Origin: Mustelus asterias
Lineage: Eukaryota
Direction of reading: 5' to 3'
Assembly: GCF_964213995.1 (NCBI RefSeq)
Contig: NC_135808.1
Span: forward strand, 23,436,001-23,500,000
Length of the DNA: 64,000 nucleotides
The number at the start of each line of letters is the position of its first letter. Position 1 is the first letter of the stretch. The translations under genes and the position numbers were made by a program. A model generated the notes under the pieces. The model was not told the DNA's origin, searched no databases, and saw only the letters and a program-made list of their open reading frames with translations. Of this stretch, positions 50,101 through 61,000 are shown piece by piece.

Positions 50101-51687
50101 GCCGGACAATGAAAATAATCTCGGAAAATTCCGCCCCATTTCTCAATTTGCAGAGGACATCAAATTGTGATGAATTAGTCAATATTGAGGAGAACTGCAA
50201 TACATTAATTGGACATTCATAAACTTTTAGAATGAGCAAATAATTGGTGAATGGAGTTCAGCACAGATAAACGTGAAGGTAGTTTTCTGTTAAAGATGTA
50301 TCGGGAGGTCACTTATTACCTGGAAGGTGCCGGTGTGGATGGAGTTGAGGAACAAAGGGATCTGGGTGTACAAATACACCAATCAGTAACAGGTTAGACA
50401 AGGTCATAAACAAAATAAATGGAAAACCAGGTTTTATTTCTCGAGAGATTGAATTGTAAAGCAGGGATGTTATTGCTAAACCTGTATCAGCCTTCATTAT
50501 AGGACATTTAGCACGTGTGCAGTTCCGGTCACCATTTCATACAAAGGATATAGATTCAGGGGAGAGAGTGCAGAGATGATTTACAAAGATGATTCCAGGA
50601 ATGAGTGGGTGGACATCTCGGTGAAGGATTGACCGGGTCTCCGCACTCAGGAAAACAGAAGGCTGAGGGTTGACCTAGTCGAGGTCTTGAAAATCATAGA
50701 ACCCTACAGTGCAGAAGGAGGCCATTCGGCCCATCGAGTCTGCACCGACCACAATCCCACCCAAGCCCTACCCCCACATATTTACCCGCTAATCCCTCTA
50801 ACCTACGCATCTCAGGGGCAATTTTTAACCTGGCCAATCAACCTAACCCGCACATCTTTGTGGGAGGAAACCGGAGCACCCGGAGGAAACCCACGCAGAC
50901 ACGAGGAGAATGTGCAAACTCCACACAGACAGTGACCCGAGCCGGGAATCGAACCCAGGACCCTGGAGCTGTGAAGCAGCAGTGCTAACCACTGTGCTAC
51001 CGTGCCGCCCAAAATTATGCAAGGTTTTTATAGACTGGAAACAGAAAGAATGTTTGCTCTTGTGGGAAGGACAAACTGGAGGCCATCAATGCAGGATAGT
51101 CACCAAGAAACGCAATGGGAAATTCAGGAGAGATCTCTTTACCAAAGAATGAAGAGAATGTGAAGCTCGCTACTGCAGGGAGTGGCTGAACTGAACAGTA
51201 GATTAAGAGGAAAATAGACAAGCAAAAGAGAAGGGAATAGAGTTAAAATGGTTGAATTAGATGTGGGAAGATGGGAGGAGGCTCAAGTGGAACATAAACA
51301 CCAGCATCAACTGGATGGGTTGATTGGCTGATTTTTATGTCGTATATCCTGTGTTTCCTGATTCTCTCTCTCTCTCTGACTCACTCTCTTTCATTTTGTC
51401 TCTCTCTCTGATTTCTCTCTCTTTCTGATTCTCTCTCTCTCCCTCCCTTCTTGGCCTCTTTCATTCTCTCCCACTTTCACGTTCTCTCTCTCCCTCTCTC
51501 TGATTCTCACTTTTCCCTCTCCCTGATTCACTCAGTCTCTCTGATTCTCTCTCTAACAGAACCAAAGTCTCGCTCCCAGGTTGCTGTTACTGTCGGGATT
51601 GTGGTCGGGGTCCTCGTGCTCATCGCTCTCATCATTGTGGCTGTCGTCATCTACACCAAGAAAGGCAGGAATTTGAAGGGAAAATAG
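29137..51687 (+). CDS. Nonclassical MHC class I heavy chain gene B (5 exons, open frame, short tail by read-through)
   Basis: Exons 29152-29200, 37860-38120, 38485-38757, 44146-44409, 51560-51687 join in frame with no stop; four structural Cys kept; lineage not assignable without phylogeny. Confidence 0.85.
29152..29200 (+). CDS. Gene B exon 1, signal peptide
   Basis: Identical to gene A exon 1; CAG|gtgagt. Confidence 0.9.
29360..29690 (+). repeat. ~45-bp degenerate tandem repeat in intron 1 of gene B
   Basis: gggtgttggtgttttggggttcacaccctgatgtctctctctct units. Confidence 0.8.
32406..32720 (+). mobile_element. HE1-like SINE nested in the integrase
   Basis: SINE head/core directly after the GPY motif. 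Confidence 0.85.
32750..35258 (-). mobile_element. Nested LINE fragments (a CR1 at ~33722-34935 inside an older CR1/L2-group LINE)
   Basis: [10 protein letters not shown]; [26 protein letters not shown]; tail cataagaacataagaa at 33722. Confidence 0.85.
37860..38120 (+). CDS. Gene B exon 2, alpha1 domain
   Basis: ttttcag|, [28 protein letters not shown]...LSQQTG, |gtgagt; 261 nt. Confidence 0.93.
38485..38757 (+). CDS. Gene B exon 3, alpha2 domain
   Basis: ccacag|, [12 protein letters not shown]...[14 protein letters not shown]|gtgagt; 273 nt. Confidence 0.93.
39140..39898. mobile_element. Duplicate (internally deleted) of the nested LTR composite at 42320-43586
   Basis: Near-identical to 42320-42697 plus 43209-43586. 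Confidence 0.85.
39820..40430. repeat. Fold-back inverted repeat, ~300-bp arms
   Basis: 40140-40430 is the reverse complement of ~39820-40110 with a few mismatches. Confidence 0.92.
42320..43586. mobile_element. Minus-strand LTR (related to the intron 1 Gypsy LTR) containing a plus-strand solo LTR (~42693-43486)
   Basis: Inner TGTAA...TAACA with TATAAAA near 42940, homologous to 17110-17494; outer part homologous to the 37049 LTR. Confidence 0.7.
44146..44409 (+). CDS. Gene B exon 4, alpha3 domain (intact)
   Basis: [28 protein letters not shown]; 264 nt; ctcag| and G|gtaaga. Confidence 0.95.
44755..45770 (+). repeat. 34-bp minisatellite (acagggccagtgtatcctgggatattacagtatg)
   Basis: Homogeneous tandem array; only degenerate units at 13075-13170 in gene A. 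Confidence 0.95.
45333..45469 (+). mobile_element. Miniature inverted Penelope insertion (46-bp perfect hairpin + 3' tail) with 12-bp TSD
   Basis: TSD ctattacagtat 45321-45332 / 45470-45481; matches the termini of 53773-56867. Confidence 0.9.
45863..47040 (+). mobile_element. 5'-truncated CR1 LINE
   Basis: [26 protein letters not shown], 3' UTR ending ttctatg. Confidence 0.93.
47061..48955 (+). mobile_element. Internally deleted Gypsy element: two short LTRs around an integrase remnant
   Basis: LTRs start tgtgataaccc at 47061 and 48696; purine tract before the 3' LTR; integrase remnants (AGPFMG, APYH..NG, PAEFLMG); SINE piece 47733-47930. Confidence 0.8.
49317..50136. mobile_element. MITE / non-autonomous DNA transposon (PIF-Harbinger-like)
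   Basis: TIRs gggtagaattttac / ggaaaattccgccc, 3-bp duplication CAT; empty site in gene A near 18885. Confidence 0.7.
50692..51010 (-). mobile_element. HE1-like SINE, full length
   Basis: Head gggcggcacggtagcacagtggttagc on the minus strand, tail ttctatgatt. Confidence 0.9.
51560..51687 (+). CDS. Gene B exon 5, TM with read-through tail (…[11 protein letters not shown])
   Basis: taacag|; ancestral donor at 51665 is GC not GT; TAG 51685-51687. Confidence 0.82.
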
Positions 51688-51914
51688 CAGCTCCTCACTG
51701 GGGGGAGGGATTGTGGGAGAGTATTCCAGGTGGGGGTGGCTCAGGCTGTGGGACTCAGGTTGGTGTGGAGGAGGTCACAGAGTGGGTGGGAGAGCCGCAG
51801 GGTTGGGATAGGGAGGGTGAGGGGCTCAAGAAAAAGGGGGAGAGTTTGAGAATTCTGGGTTCTCATGTTGGATGAGGAGTTGAGGGCATCAGTGAGAGTC
51901 CCGGATCCCTGCAG

Positions 51915-53252
51915 GAGTGAGGGGCTCAGGTCAGTGTGGGAGTGGGGGACTCGGGTCAGTGTGGGAGTGGGGGACTCGGGTCAGTGTGGGAGTGGGGGAC
52001 TCGGGTCAGTATGGGAGTGGGGGGCTCGGGTCAGTGTGGGAGTGGAGGACTCGGGTCAGTGTGGGAGTGGGGGACTCGGGTCAGTGTGGGAGTGGGGGAC
52101 TCGGGTCAGTGTGGGAGTGGGGGACTCGGGTCAGTGTGGGAGTGGGGGACTCGGGTCAGTGTGGGAGTGGGGGACTCGGGTCAGTGTGGGAGTGGGGGAC
52201 TCGGGTCAGTGTGGGAGTGGGGGACTCGGGTCAGTGTGGGAGTGGGGGACTCGGGTCAGTGTGGGAGTGGGGGACTCGGGTCAGTGTGGGAGTGGGGGAC
52301 TCGGGTCAGTGTGGGAGTGGGGGACTCGGGTCAGTGTGGGAGTGGGGGTCTCGGGTCAGTGCGGGAGTGAGGGGCTCGGGTCAGTGCGGGAGTGAGGGGC
52401 TCGGGTCAGTGTGGGAGTGGGGGACTCGGGTCAGTGTGGGAGTGGGGGGCTCGGGTCAGTGTGGGAGTGAGGGGCTCAGGTCAGTGTGGGAGTGAGGGGC
52501 TCAGGTCAGTGTGGGAGTGAGGGGCTCAGGTCAGTGTGGGAGTGAGGGACTGGGGTCAGTGTGGGAGTGGGGGACTCGGGTCAGTGTGGGAGTTGGGGAC
52601 TCGGGTCAGTGTGGGAGTTGGGGACTCGGGTCAGTGTGGGAGTGAGGGGCTCAGGTCAGTGTGGGAGTGAGGGACTGGGGTCAGTGTGGGAGTGGAGGAC
52701 TCGGGTCAGTGTGGGAGTGAGGGGGCTCGGGTCAGTGTGGGAGGGGGGACTCGGGTCAGTGTGGGAGGGGGGACTGGGGTCAGTGTGGGAGTGGGGGACT
52801 GGGGTCAGTGTGGGAGTGGGGGACTGGGGTCAGTGTGGGAGTGGGGGACTGGGGTCAGTGTGGGAGTGGGGGACTCGGGTCAGTGTGGGAGTGGGGGACT
52901 CGGGTCAGTGTGGGAGGGGGGACTGGGGTCAGTGTGGGAGTGGGGGACTGGGGTCAGTGTGGGAGTGGGGGGCTCGGGTCAGTGCGGGAGTGGGGGGCTC
53001 GGGTCAGTGTGGGAGTGGGGGGCTCGGGTCAGTGCGGGAGTGGGGGACTGGGGTCAGTGTGGGAGTGGGGGACTCGGGTCAGTGTGGGAGTGGGGGACTC
53101 GGGTCAGTGTGGGAGTGAGGGGCTCGGGTGCGTGTGGGAGTGAGGGGTTTGGGTCAGTGTGGGAGTGAGGGGCTCGGGTCAGTGTGGGAGTGAGGGACTG
53201 GGGTCAGTGTGGGAGTGAGGGGTTTGGGTGAGTGTGGGAGTGAGGGACTCGT
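51915..53252 (+). repeat. 25-bp G-rich minisatellite (gtgggagtgggggactcgggtcagt)
   Basis: About 50 tandem units, three G-tracts per unit. Confidence 0.96.
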
Positions 53253-53831
53253 GTTTGTTGCTCTGATGAATTGTGCTGGTGTTTAGGGGTCTGATGGGTT
53301 TGAGCTCATCAAGCCTCCTTCTCCCCTCTTCCAAATTTTCAATGATGAGCTCACCTTAAATCCACGCTAACTTTCCTTGATTAATCTGTGCCTTTCTAAA
53401 TGAAGGTTTATACTTCATCACATTGGAATTATTAATTCCAATAATTTTCCCACCAAGTAAGTTAAACTAACTGGTGTATAATTACTCAGATTGCCCCTTC
53501 ATCCCTTTTCAATCCATGGTGTAATGCTGTCAGTCCTTTAATCTCCGTTCACTCTCCTGTGACCGGGAAGAATGATTCTGATTATCGGAGCCTCTGCAAT
53601 TCCCTCCTTTGCTCCTTTTAACCTGGTGATTTATCTCCTCTCAAACTTGTAAAATCCCTGAATACATCATCTCTTACAATGTTTATCTGATGCAGTAATT
53701 CACACATTTCCTCCTCAACTGCAATGTCAACATTGCTCCCTGTTTCCCAAACACAGTGGCAATGTATTTATTGTAAGAAGTTTAACAACACCAGGTTAAA
53801 GTCCAACAGGTTTATTTTGTAGCAAAAGCCA

Positions 53832-53868
53832 TACGAGCTTTCGGAGCTCCAAGCCCCTTCTTCAGGTG
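53832..53868 (-). ncRNA. Minimal hammerhead ribozyme motif, left Penelope arm
   Basis: cac CTGAAGA a ggggc-ttgga-gctcc GAAA gc TC gta. Confidence 0.62.
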
Positions 53869-56734
53869 AGTGGGAATTCTGTTCACAAACAGGGCATATA
53901 AAGACACAAACTCAATTTACATGAATAATGGTTGGAATGCGAATACTTACAGCTAATCAAGTCTTTAAGATACAAACAACGTGAGTGGAGAGAGCATCAA
54001 GACAGGCTAAAAAGATGTGTATTGTCTCCAGACAAGACAGCCAGTGAAACTTTGCAGGTTCAGGCAAGCTGTGGGGGTTACAAATAGTGTGACATGAACC
54101 CAATATCCCGGTTGAGGCCGTCCTCGTGTGTGCAGAACATGGCTATCAGTTTCTGCTCAGCGACTCTGCGCCGCCGTGTGTCGTGAAGGCCGCCTTGGAG
54201 AATGCTTACCCGAATATCAGAGGCCGAATGCCCGTGACCGCTGAAGTGCTTCCCAACAGGAAGAGAACAGTCTTGCCTGGTGATTGTCGAGCGGTGTTCA
54301 TTCATCCGTTGTCGCAGCGTCTGCATGTTTTCCCCAATGTACCATGCCTCGGAACATCCTTTCCTGCAGCGTATCACGTAGACAACGTTGGCCGAGTTGC
54401 AAGAGTATGTGCCGTGTACCTGGTGGATGGTGTTCTCACATGAGATGATGTCATCTGTGTCAATGATCCAGCATGTCTTGCCGAGGTTGCTGTGGCAGGG
54501 TTGTGTGGTGTCGTGGTCACTGTTCTCCTGAAGGCTGGGTAGTTTGCTGCGGACAATGGTCTGTTTGAGGTTGTGTGATTGTTTGAAGGCAAGAAATGCG
54601 GGTGTGGGGATAGCCTTGGAGAGATGTTCGTCTTCATCAATGACATGTTGAAGGCTCCGGAGGAGATGCCGTAGCTTCTCCGCTCCGGGGAAGTAATGGA
54701 CGACGAAGGGTACTCTGTCTATTGTGTCCCATGTTTGTCTTCTGAGGAGGTCGGTGCGGTTTTTCACTATAGCGCGTTGGAACTGTTGATCAATGAGTCG
54801 AGCACTATATCCTGTTCTCATGAGGGCATCTTTCAGCGTCTGGAGGTGTCTGTTGCGATCCTCCTCATCCGAGCAGATCCTGTGTATACGGGGGGGCTTG
54901 TCCGTAGGGGATGGCTTCTTTAACATGTTTAGGGTGGAAGCTAGGGCAGTGGAGCATCGTGAGGTTATCCGTGGGCTTGCGGTACGGTGAGGTACTGAGG
55001 TGACCATCCTTAATGGAGATGCGTGTGTCCAAGAATGCAACCGATTCCGGAGAGTCGTCCATGGTGAGTCTGATGGTGGGATGGAACTTGTTGATGTCAT
55101 CATAGAGTTGTTTCAGTGATTGTTCACCATGAGTCCAAAGGAAGAAAATGTAATCGATGTATCAGTACACTTCTAAATGACAACTAAACAATGAGGAACA
55201 CTGCAGACAGTTACCTGCAGATCCGACCAAAGAACACACCCATCAACTCAACACTCTGATCAAGACCTTTGATCCGGACCTTCAGAGCACCCTCCTTGCT
55301 CTCATCCCACGTACTCCACACGTTGGAAATCTCTACTGCCTCCCGAAGATACACAAGGCAAACACACCTGGCCATCCCATCATATCGGGCAATGGAACCT
55401 TGTGCGGGAACCTCTCCGGCTATGTCGAGGGCATCCTGAAACCCATTGTACGAAGAACTCCCAGCTTTTGTCATGACACTGTGGACTTCCTACAGAAACT
55501 CGGCATACATGGAGCAGTTGAACCAGGAGCACTCCTCGTCACAATGGATGTCTCGGCACTCTACACCAGCATCCCCACGATGATGGCATTGCTGCAATGG
55601 CCTCAGTGCTCAGCGCCGACAAATGCCAGTTTCCAGATGCAATTTTACAACTCATCCGCTTCATCCTGGACCACAATGTCTTCACCTTCAACAACCAGTT
55701 CTTCATCCAGACACACGGAACAGCCATGGGGACCAAATTCGCACCTCAATATGCCAACATCTTCATGCACAGGTTCGAACAAGACTTCTTCACCGCACGG
55801 GACCTTCAACCGATGCTATACACTAGATACATCGATGACATTTTCTTCCTTTGGACTCATGGTGAACAATGACTGAAACAACTCTATGATGACATCAACA
55901 AGTTCCACCCCACCATCAGACTCACCATGGACTACTCTCCGGAATCGGTTGCATTCTTGGACACACGCATCTCCATTAAGGACGGTCACCTCAGCACCTC
56001 ACTGTACCGCAAGCCCACGGATAACCTCATGATGCTCCACTTCCCCAGCTTCCACCCTAAACAGTTAAAGAAGCCATCCCCTACGGACAAGCCCTCCATA
56101 TACACAGGATCTGCTCAGATGAGGAGGATCGCAACAGACACCTCCAGACGCTGAAAGATGCCCTCATGAGAACAGGATATAGCGCTCGACTCATTGATCA
56201 ACAGTTCCAACGCGCCACAGCGAAAAACCGTACCGACCTCCTCAGAAGACAAACACGGGACACAGTGGACAGAGTACCCTTCGTCGTCCAGTACTTCCCT
56301 GGAGTGGAGAAGCTACGGCATCTCCTCCGGAGCCTTCAACATGACATTGATGAAGACGAACATCTCGCCAAGGCCATCCCCACACCCCCACTTCTTGCCT
56401 TCAAACAACCGTACAACCTCAAACAGACCATTGTCCGCAGAAGACTACTCAGCTTTCAGGAGAACAGTGACCACGACACCACACAACCCTGTCACAGCGA
56501 CCTCAGCAAGACGTGCCGGATCATTGACACAGATGCCATCATCTCACGTGAGAACACCATCCACCAGGTACACGGTACATACTCTTGCAACTCGGCCAAC
56601 GTTGTCTACCTGATACGCTGCAGGAAAGGATGTCCCGAGGCATGGTACATTGGGGAAACTATGCAGACGCTGCGACAATGGATGAATGAACACCGCTCGA
56701 CAATCACCAGGCACCTGTGAACAGAATTTCCACT

Positions 56735-56771
56735 CACCTGAAGAAGGGGCTTGGAGCTCTGAAAGCTTGTG
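56735..56771 (+). ncRNA. Minimal hammerhead ribozyme motif, right Penelope arm
   Basis: cac CTGAAGA a ggggc-ttgga-gctct GAAA gc TT gtg. Confidence 0.58.
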
Positions 56772-57624
56772 TGGCTTTTGCTACCAAATAAACCTGTTGG
56801 ACTTTCACCTGGTGTTGTTAAACTTCTTAATGTGTTTTACCCCAGTCCAACGCCGGCATCTCCACATAATGTATTTATTCACAACCTCGCCACATTCTCC
56901 ACCCTCTCTCACAGGCTATCTTGTTGGTCTCCAAAAAGTTCTCCCCTTTCCTTATCCTTTTCTCTTCATGTACTGATACAGCATGTTTGGAGGTTCTTTG
57001 ATATTTTCTTGGCAGCATTTTTCATGCCCTCTCTTTACTTTTCTGATTTCCTTTTTAATTTCACCCTGACACTCTCTGTACTATTCCAGGTTTCTGCATT
57101 ATTAGGCGTGAGGCGTCTGATGGACTTTGCTGTTGGTATATGTGGGAGTTGGGTGGATCTGATGTGTTTTGTTGGGGGTGCTCCAGCTCTGCTGGGTTTG
57201 CCTCACTCTAAAGTGATGTCTTTCTTTCTCATCCCCAGTGCGGGCCCGGCAGTTTAATCCAGAGGTACCAGTCCCTGAGAACAGCAGTGGACAAGAGAAT
57301 GAGGGAAGATGTGATGTCATCAAGCTGACAACCATTAACTGATTCAAGTTCCACATTTGTAACTCTGTAACTGGAACTGTGGTCATGGTTTGTCAGGAAT
57401 TCCCCTATTTGGTGCTGCACTTTTTAAGCTATTCTGATCTGCCCTATCATCCTGCACAAATTCTAGGAACTTGTCTCGTTCACTGCAAACTGCAATCTGT
57501 AACTTTGCTGCAATGTCTGCAATAAATGATTTATTTTCACTTCCTGCCTCTGCAAAGTCTTCAATACAAAACTAATATTACTGGGGTAGGGTAACACCAC
57601 TGCAGTGGAGAACATTTCAAGACA

Positions 57625-57950
57625 TGGGCGTTACGGTGGCACAGTGGTTAGCACTGCTGCTTCACAGCGCCAGGGACCTGGATTCAATTCCCAGCTTAGG
57701 TCACTTTCTGTGTGGAGTTTGCACATTCTCCTCGTGTCTGCATGGGTTGCCTCCGGGTGCTCCGGTTTCCTCCCACAGTCCAAAGATGTGCGGGTTAGGT
57801 GGACTGGCAATGCTAAAATTGCCCCTTAGTGTCAGGGGGACTAGCTAGGGTAAATGCATGGGTTGCGGTGAGAGGGGTCTGGGTGGTATTGTGGTCGGTG
57901 CAAACATGATGGGCTGAATGGCCTCCTTCTGCACTGTATGATTCTATGAA
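57625..57950 (+). mobile_element. HE1-like SINE
   Basis: Head, core and gattctatga tail; absent in the paralog near 24670. Confidence 0.88.
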
Positions 57951-58033
57951 TTTGAGAAGAAATGACCAGAAATGTACATCAAGAGGAATTAGTAACAATA
58001 AATTAGCAGCAAGAACAGATTTCAAAAAGGAAG

Positions 58034-61000
58034 GTCAGGTACTAGAGAGTACCCCAGTGGCTGTGCCCCTTAAAAATAAGCACTCCTGTTTGAGTGCTGT
58101 TGAGGGGAGCAGCCTACCTGGGGGAAGCAATAGTGGCCGTGCCTCCGGCGCAGAGTCCGGCCCGGCAGCTCAGAAGGGTAGGGGAAGGGAGGATGAGCAA
58201 ACTAACCGCCGCACCAAGGTACAGGGAGCCATCCAAGTGGGGGGAGAAACAAGAAATGTAGTAGAAATTGGGGACAGTACACTTTTGGATGCCTTTGGGG
58301 GGGGGGGGGGAGACTGAGCAGGGGTAAGCCATAGTGTACAGGTCGCTGACTCAGAGTCTGTCCTTGTGGCTCAGAAGGGAAGGGGGGAGAGGTGTAGAGG
58401 ATTAGTCATTGGGGACTCCATAGTTGAAGGGACGGACAAGAGATTCTGCGGGAACGAGAGAGACTCGCGGTTGGTGTGTTGCCTCCCAGGAGCCAGAGTC
58501 CACGATGTCTCGGATCGTGTTTTCGAAATCCTTAAGGGGGAGGGGGACCTGCCCCAAGTTGTGGTTCACATAGGTACTCAAGACATAGGTAGGAAAAGGG
58601 GTGGGGATGTAAGGCAGAAATTCAGGGAGTTAGGGTGGAAGCTTAGGGCTAGAACAAACAAAGTTGTTATCTCTGGTTTGTTACCCGTGCCACGTGATAG
58701 TGAGGAGAGGAATAGGGAAAGAGAGCAGTTGAACACGTGGTTACAGGGATGGTGCAGGAGGGAAGGTTTCAGATCCCTGGACAATTGGGGCTCTTTCTGG
58801 GGTAGGTGGGACCTCTACAAACAGGATGGTCTGCACCTGAACCAGAGGTGTACCAATATCTTGGGGGAGAAAATTTGCTAATGCTCTTCGGGAGGGTTTA
58901 AAGTAATTCAGCAGGGGGGTGGGTACCTGAATTGTAGCTCTGGTGTGCAGGAAGTTATGATGTGGAGATGCCGGCGTTGGACTGGGGTAAACACAGTAAG
59001 AAGTTTAACAACACCAGGTTAACCTGGTGTTGTTAAACTTCTTACTGTGCAGGAAGTTGACAGTAGTGAGGTCATGAATGAGGTTTCAGGGTCGCAGGAG
59101 TGTACTAGCAGGCAGGAAGGTGGTTTGAAGTGTATATACTTCAACGCCAGGAGAATCCGGAATAAGGTGGGTGAACTTGCAGCATGGGTTGCTACCTGGG
59201 ATTTCGATGTTATGGCCATCTCGGAGACATGGATAGAGCAGGGACAGGAATGGTTTTTGCAGGTTCCAGGGTTTAGATGTTTCAGTAAGTGCAGGGAAGG
59301 TGGTAAAAGAGGGGGAGGTGTGGCATTGTTAGTCAAGGACAGTATTACGGTGGCAGAAAGGACATTGAGGAGGACTCGTCTACTGAGGTAGTTTGGTCTG
59401 AGGTTAGAAACAGGAAAGGAGAGGTCACCCTGTTGGGAGATTTTTATAGATCTCTGAAAAGTTCCAGAGATGTACAGGAAAAGATTGCAAAGATGATTCT
59501 GGATAGGAGCGAAAGTAACAGGGTAGTTGTACTGGGGGACTTTAACTTTACAAATATTGACTGGAAAAGCTATAGTTCGAGAATTTTGGAGGGGTCGGTT
59601 TTTGTCCAATGTGTGCAGGAAGGCTTCCTGACACAGAATGTAGAAAGACCAACAAGAGGCGAGGCCACATTGGATTTGGTACTGGGTAATGAAACAGGCC
59701 AGGTGTTAGATTTGGAGGTAGGTAAGCACTTTAGTGACAGTGACCGCAATTCGATTACGTTTACCTTAGCTATGGAAAAGGATAGGTATATACCAAAGGG
59801 CAAGAGTTATAGCTGGGGGAAAGGAAATTATGATGCGGTTTGGGGAGATTTAGCTGGCATAGGGGAAGGAAACTGCAGGGGATGGGCACAATTGTAATGT
59901 GGAACTTGTTCAAGGAACAGCTACTACACGTCCTTGATAAATATGTACCTGTCAGGCAGGGAGGAAACAGACGTGTGAGGGAACTGTGGTTTACTAAGGA
60001 GATTGAATCTCTTGTGAAGAGGAAGAAGGAGACTTATGTTAAGATGAGACATAAAGGCTCAGTTAGGGAGCTTGAGAGTTACAAGTTAGCCAGGAAGGAC
60101 CTAAAGAAAGAGTTAAGAAGAGCCAGGAGCGGACATGAGAAGTCTTTGGCAGGTAGGATCAAGGAAAACCCGAAAGCTTTCTATAGGTATGTCAGGAGTA
60201 AAAGAATGACGAGGGTAAGATTAGGGCCAGTCAAGGACAGGAGTGGGAAGTTGTGCGTGGAGTCTGAAGAGATAGGAGAGGCACTAAATGAATATTTTTC
60301 GTCAGTATTCACACTGGAGAGGGACAGTGTCGAGAGGAGTACTGAGATGCAGGCTGTTGGACTGGATGGGATTGAGGTTCATAAGGAGGAGGTGTTAGCA
60401 ATTCTGGATAGGGTAAAAATATATAAGTCCCCTGGGCCGGATGGGATTTATCCTAGGATTCTCTGGGAGGCTAGGGGGGAGATTGCAGAGCCTTTGGCTT
60501 TGATCTTTGGGTCGTCATTGTCTACTGGAACAGTGCCAGAAGACTGGAGGATAGCAAATGTTGTCCCCTTGTTCAAAAAGGGGAGGAGGGACAACCCTGG
60601 TAATTATAGACCAGTGAGCCTTACTTCTGTTGTGGGCAAAGTATTGGAAAGGATTATAAGAGATAGGATTTATAATCACATAGAAAGGAATAATTTGATT
60701 TGGGATAGTCAGCACGGTTTTGTGAAGGGTAGGTCGTGCCTCACAAACCTTATTGAGTTCTTTGAGAAGGTGACCAAAGAGGTGGATGAGGGTAAAGCGG
60801 TTGATGTGGTGTATATGGATTTCAGCAAAGCGTTTGATTAGGTTCCCCATGGTAAGCTTTTGCAGAAAATACGGACACATGGGATTGAGGGTGATTTACT
60901 GGTTTGGATCAGGAATTGGCGAGCTGTAAGAAAACAGAGGGTGGTGGTTGATGGGAAATATTCATCCTGGAGTTCAGGTACCAGTGGTGTACCGCAAGGA

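Larger units (their letters stand above)
53773..56867. mobile_element. Penelope-like retroelement (RT + GIY-YIG), inverted tail-out structure with 12-bp TSD
   Basis: TSD aatgtatttatt 53761-53772 / 56868-56879, single copy at paralogous sites near 3258 and 23882; RT DVSALYT, GTAMG, RYIDD; endonuclease NVVYLIRC..YIGET; minus arm 53773-~55167, plus arm ~55168-56867. Confidence 0.93.

Noticed and set aside
51660-51687. Di-lysine ER retrieval signal in the gene B tail
   Set aside because: RNLKGK* has Lys at -1 and -3 only; KKxx or KxKxx needs -3 with -4 or -5
51865-53168. Long Gly/Ser/Cys/Trp-rich ORFs resembling structural proteins
   Set aside because: Translations of a 25-bp minisatellite; the same peptide cycles through all three frames
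58366-58881. SGNH/GDSL esterase as a host gene
   Set aside because: Lies directly upstream of the APE-RT ORF; it is the esterase domain known from CR1 ORF1
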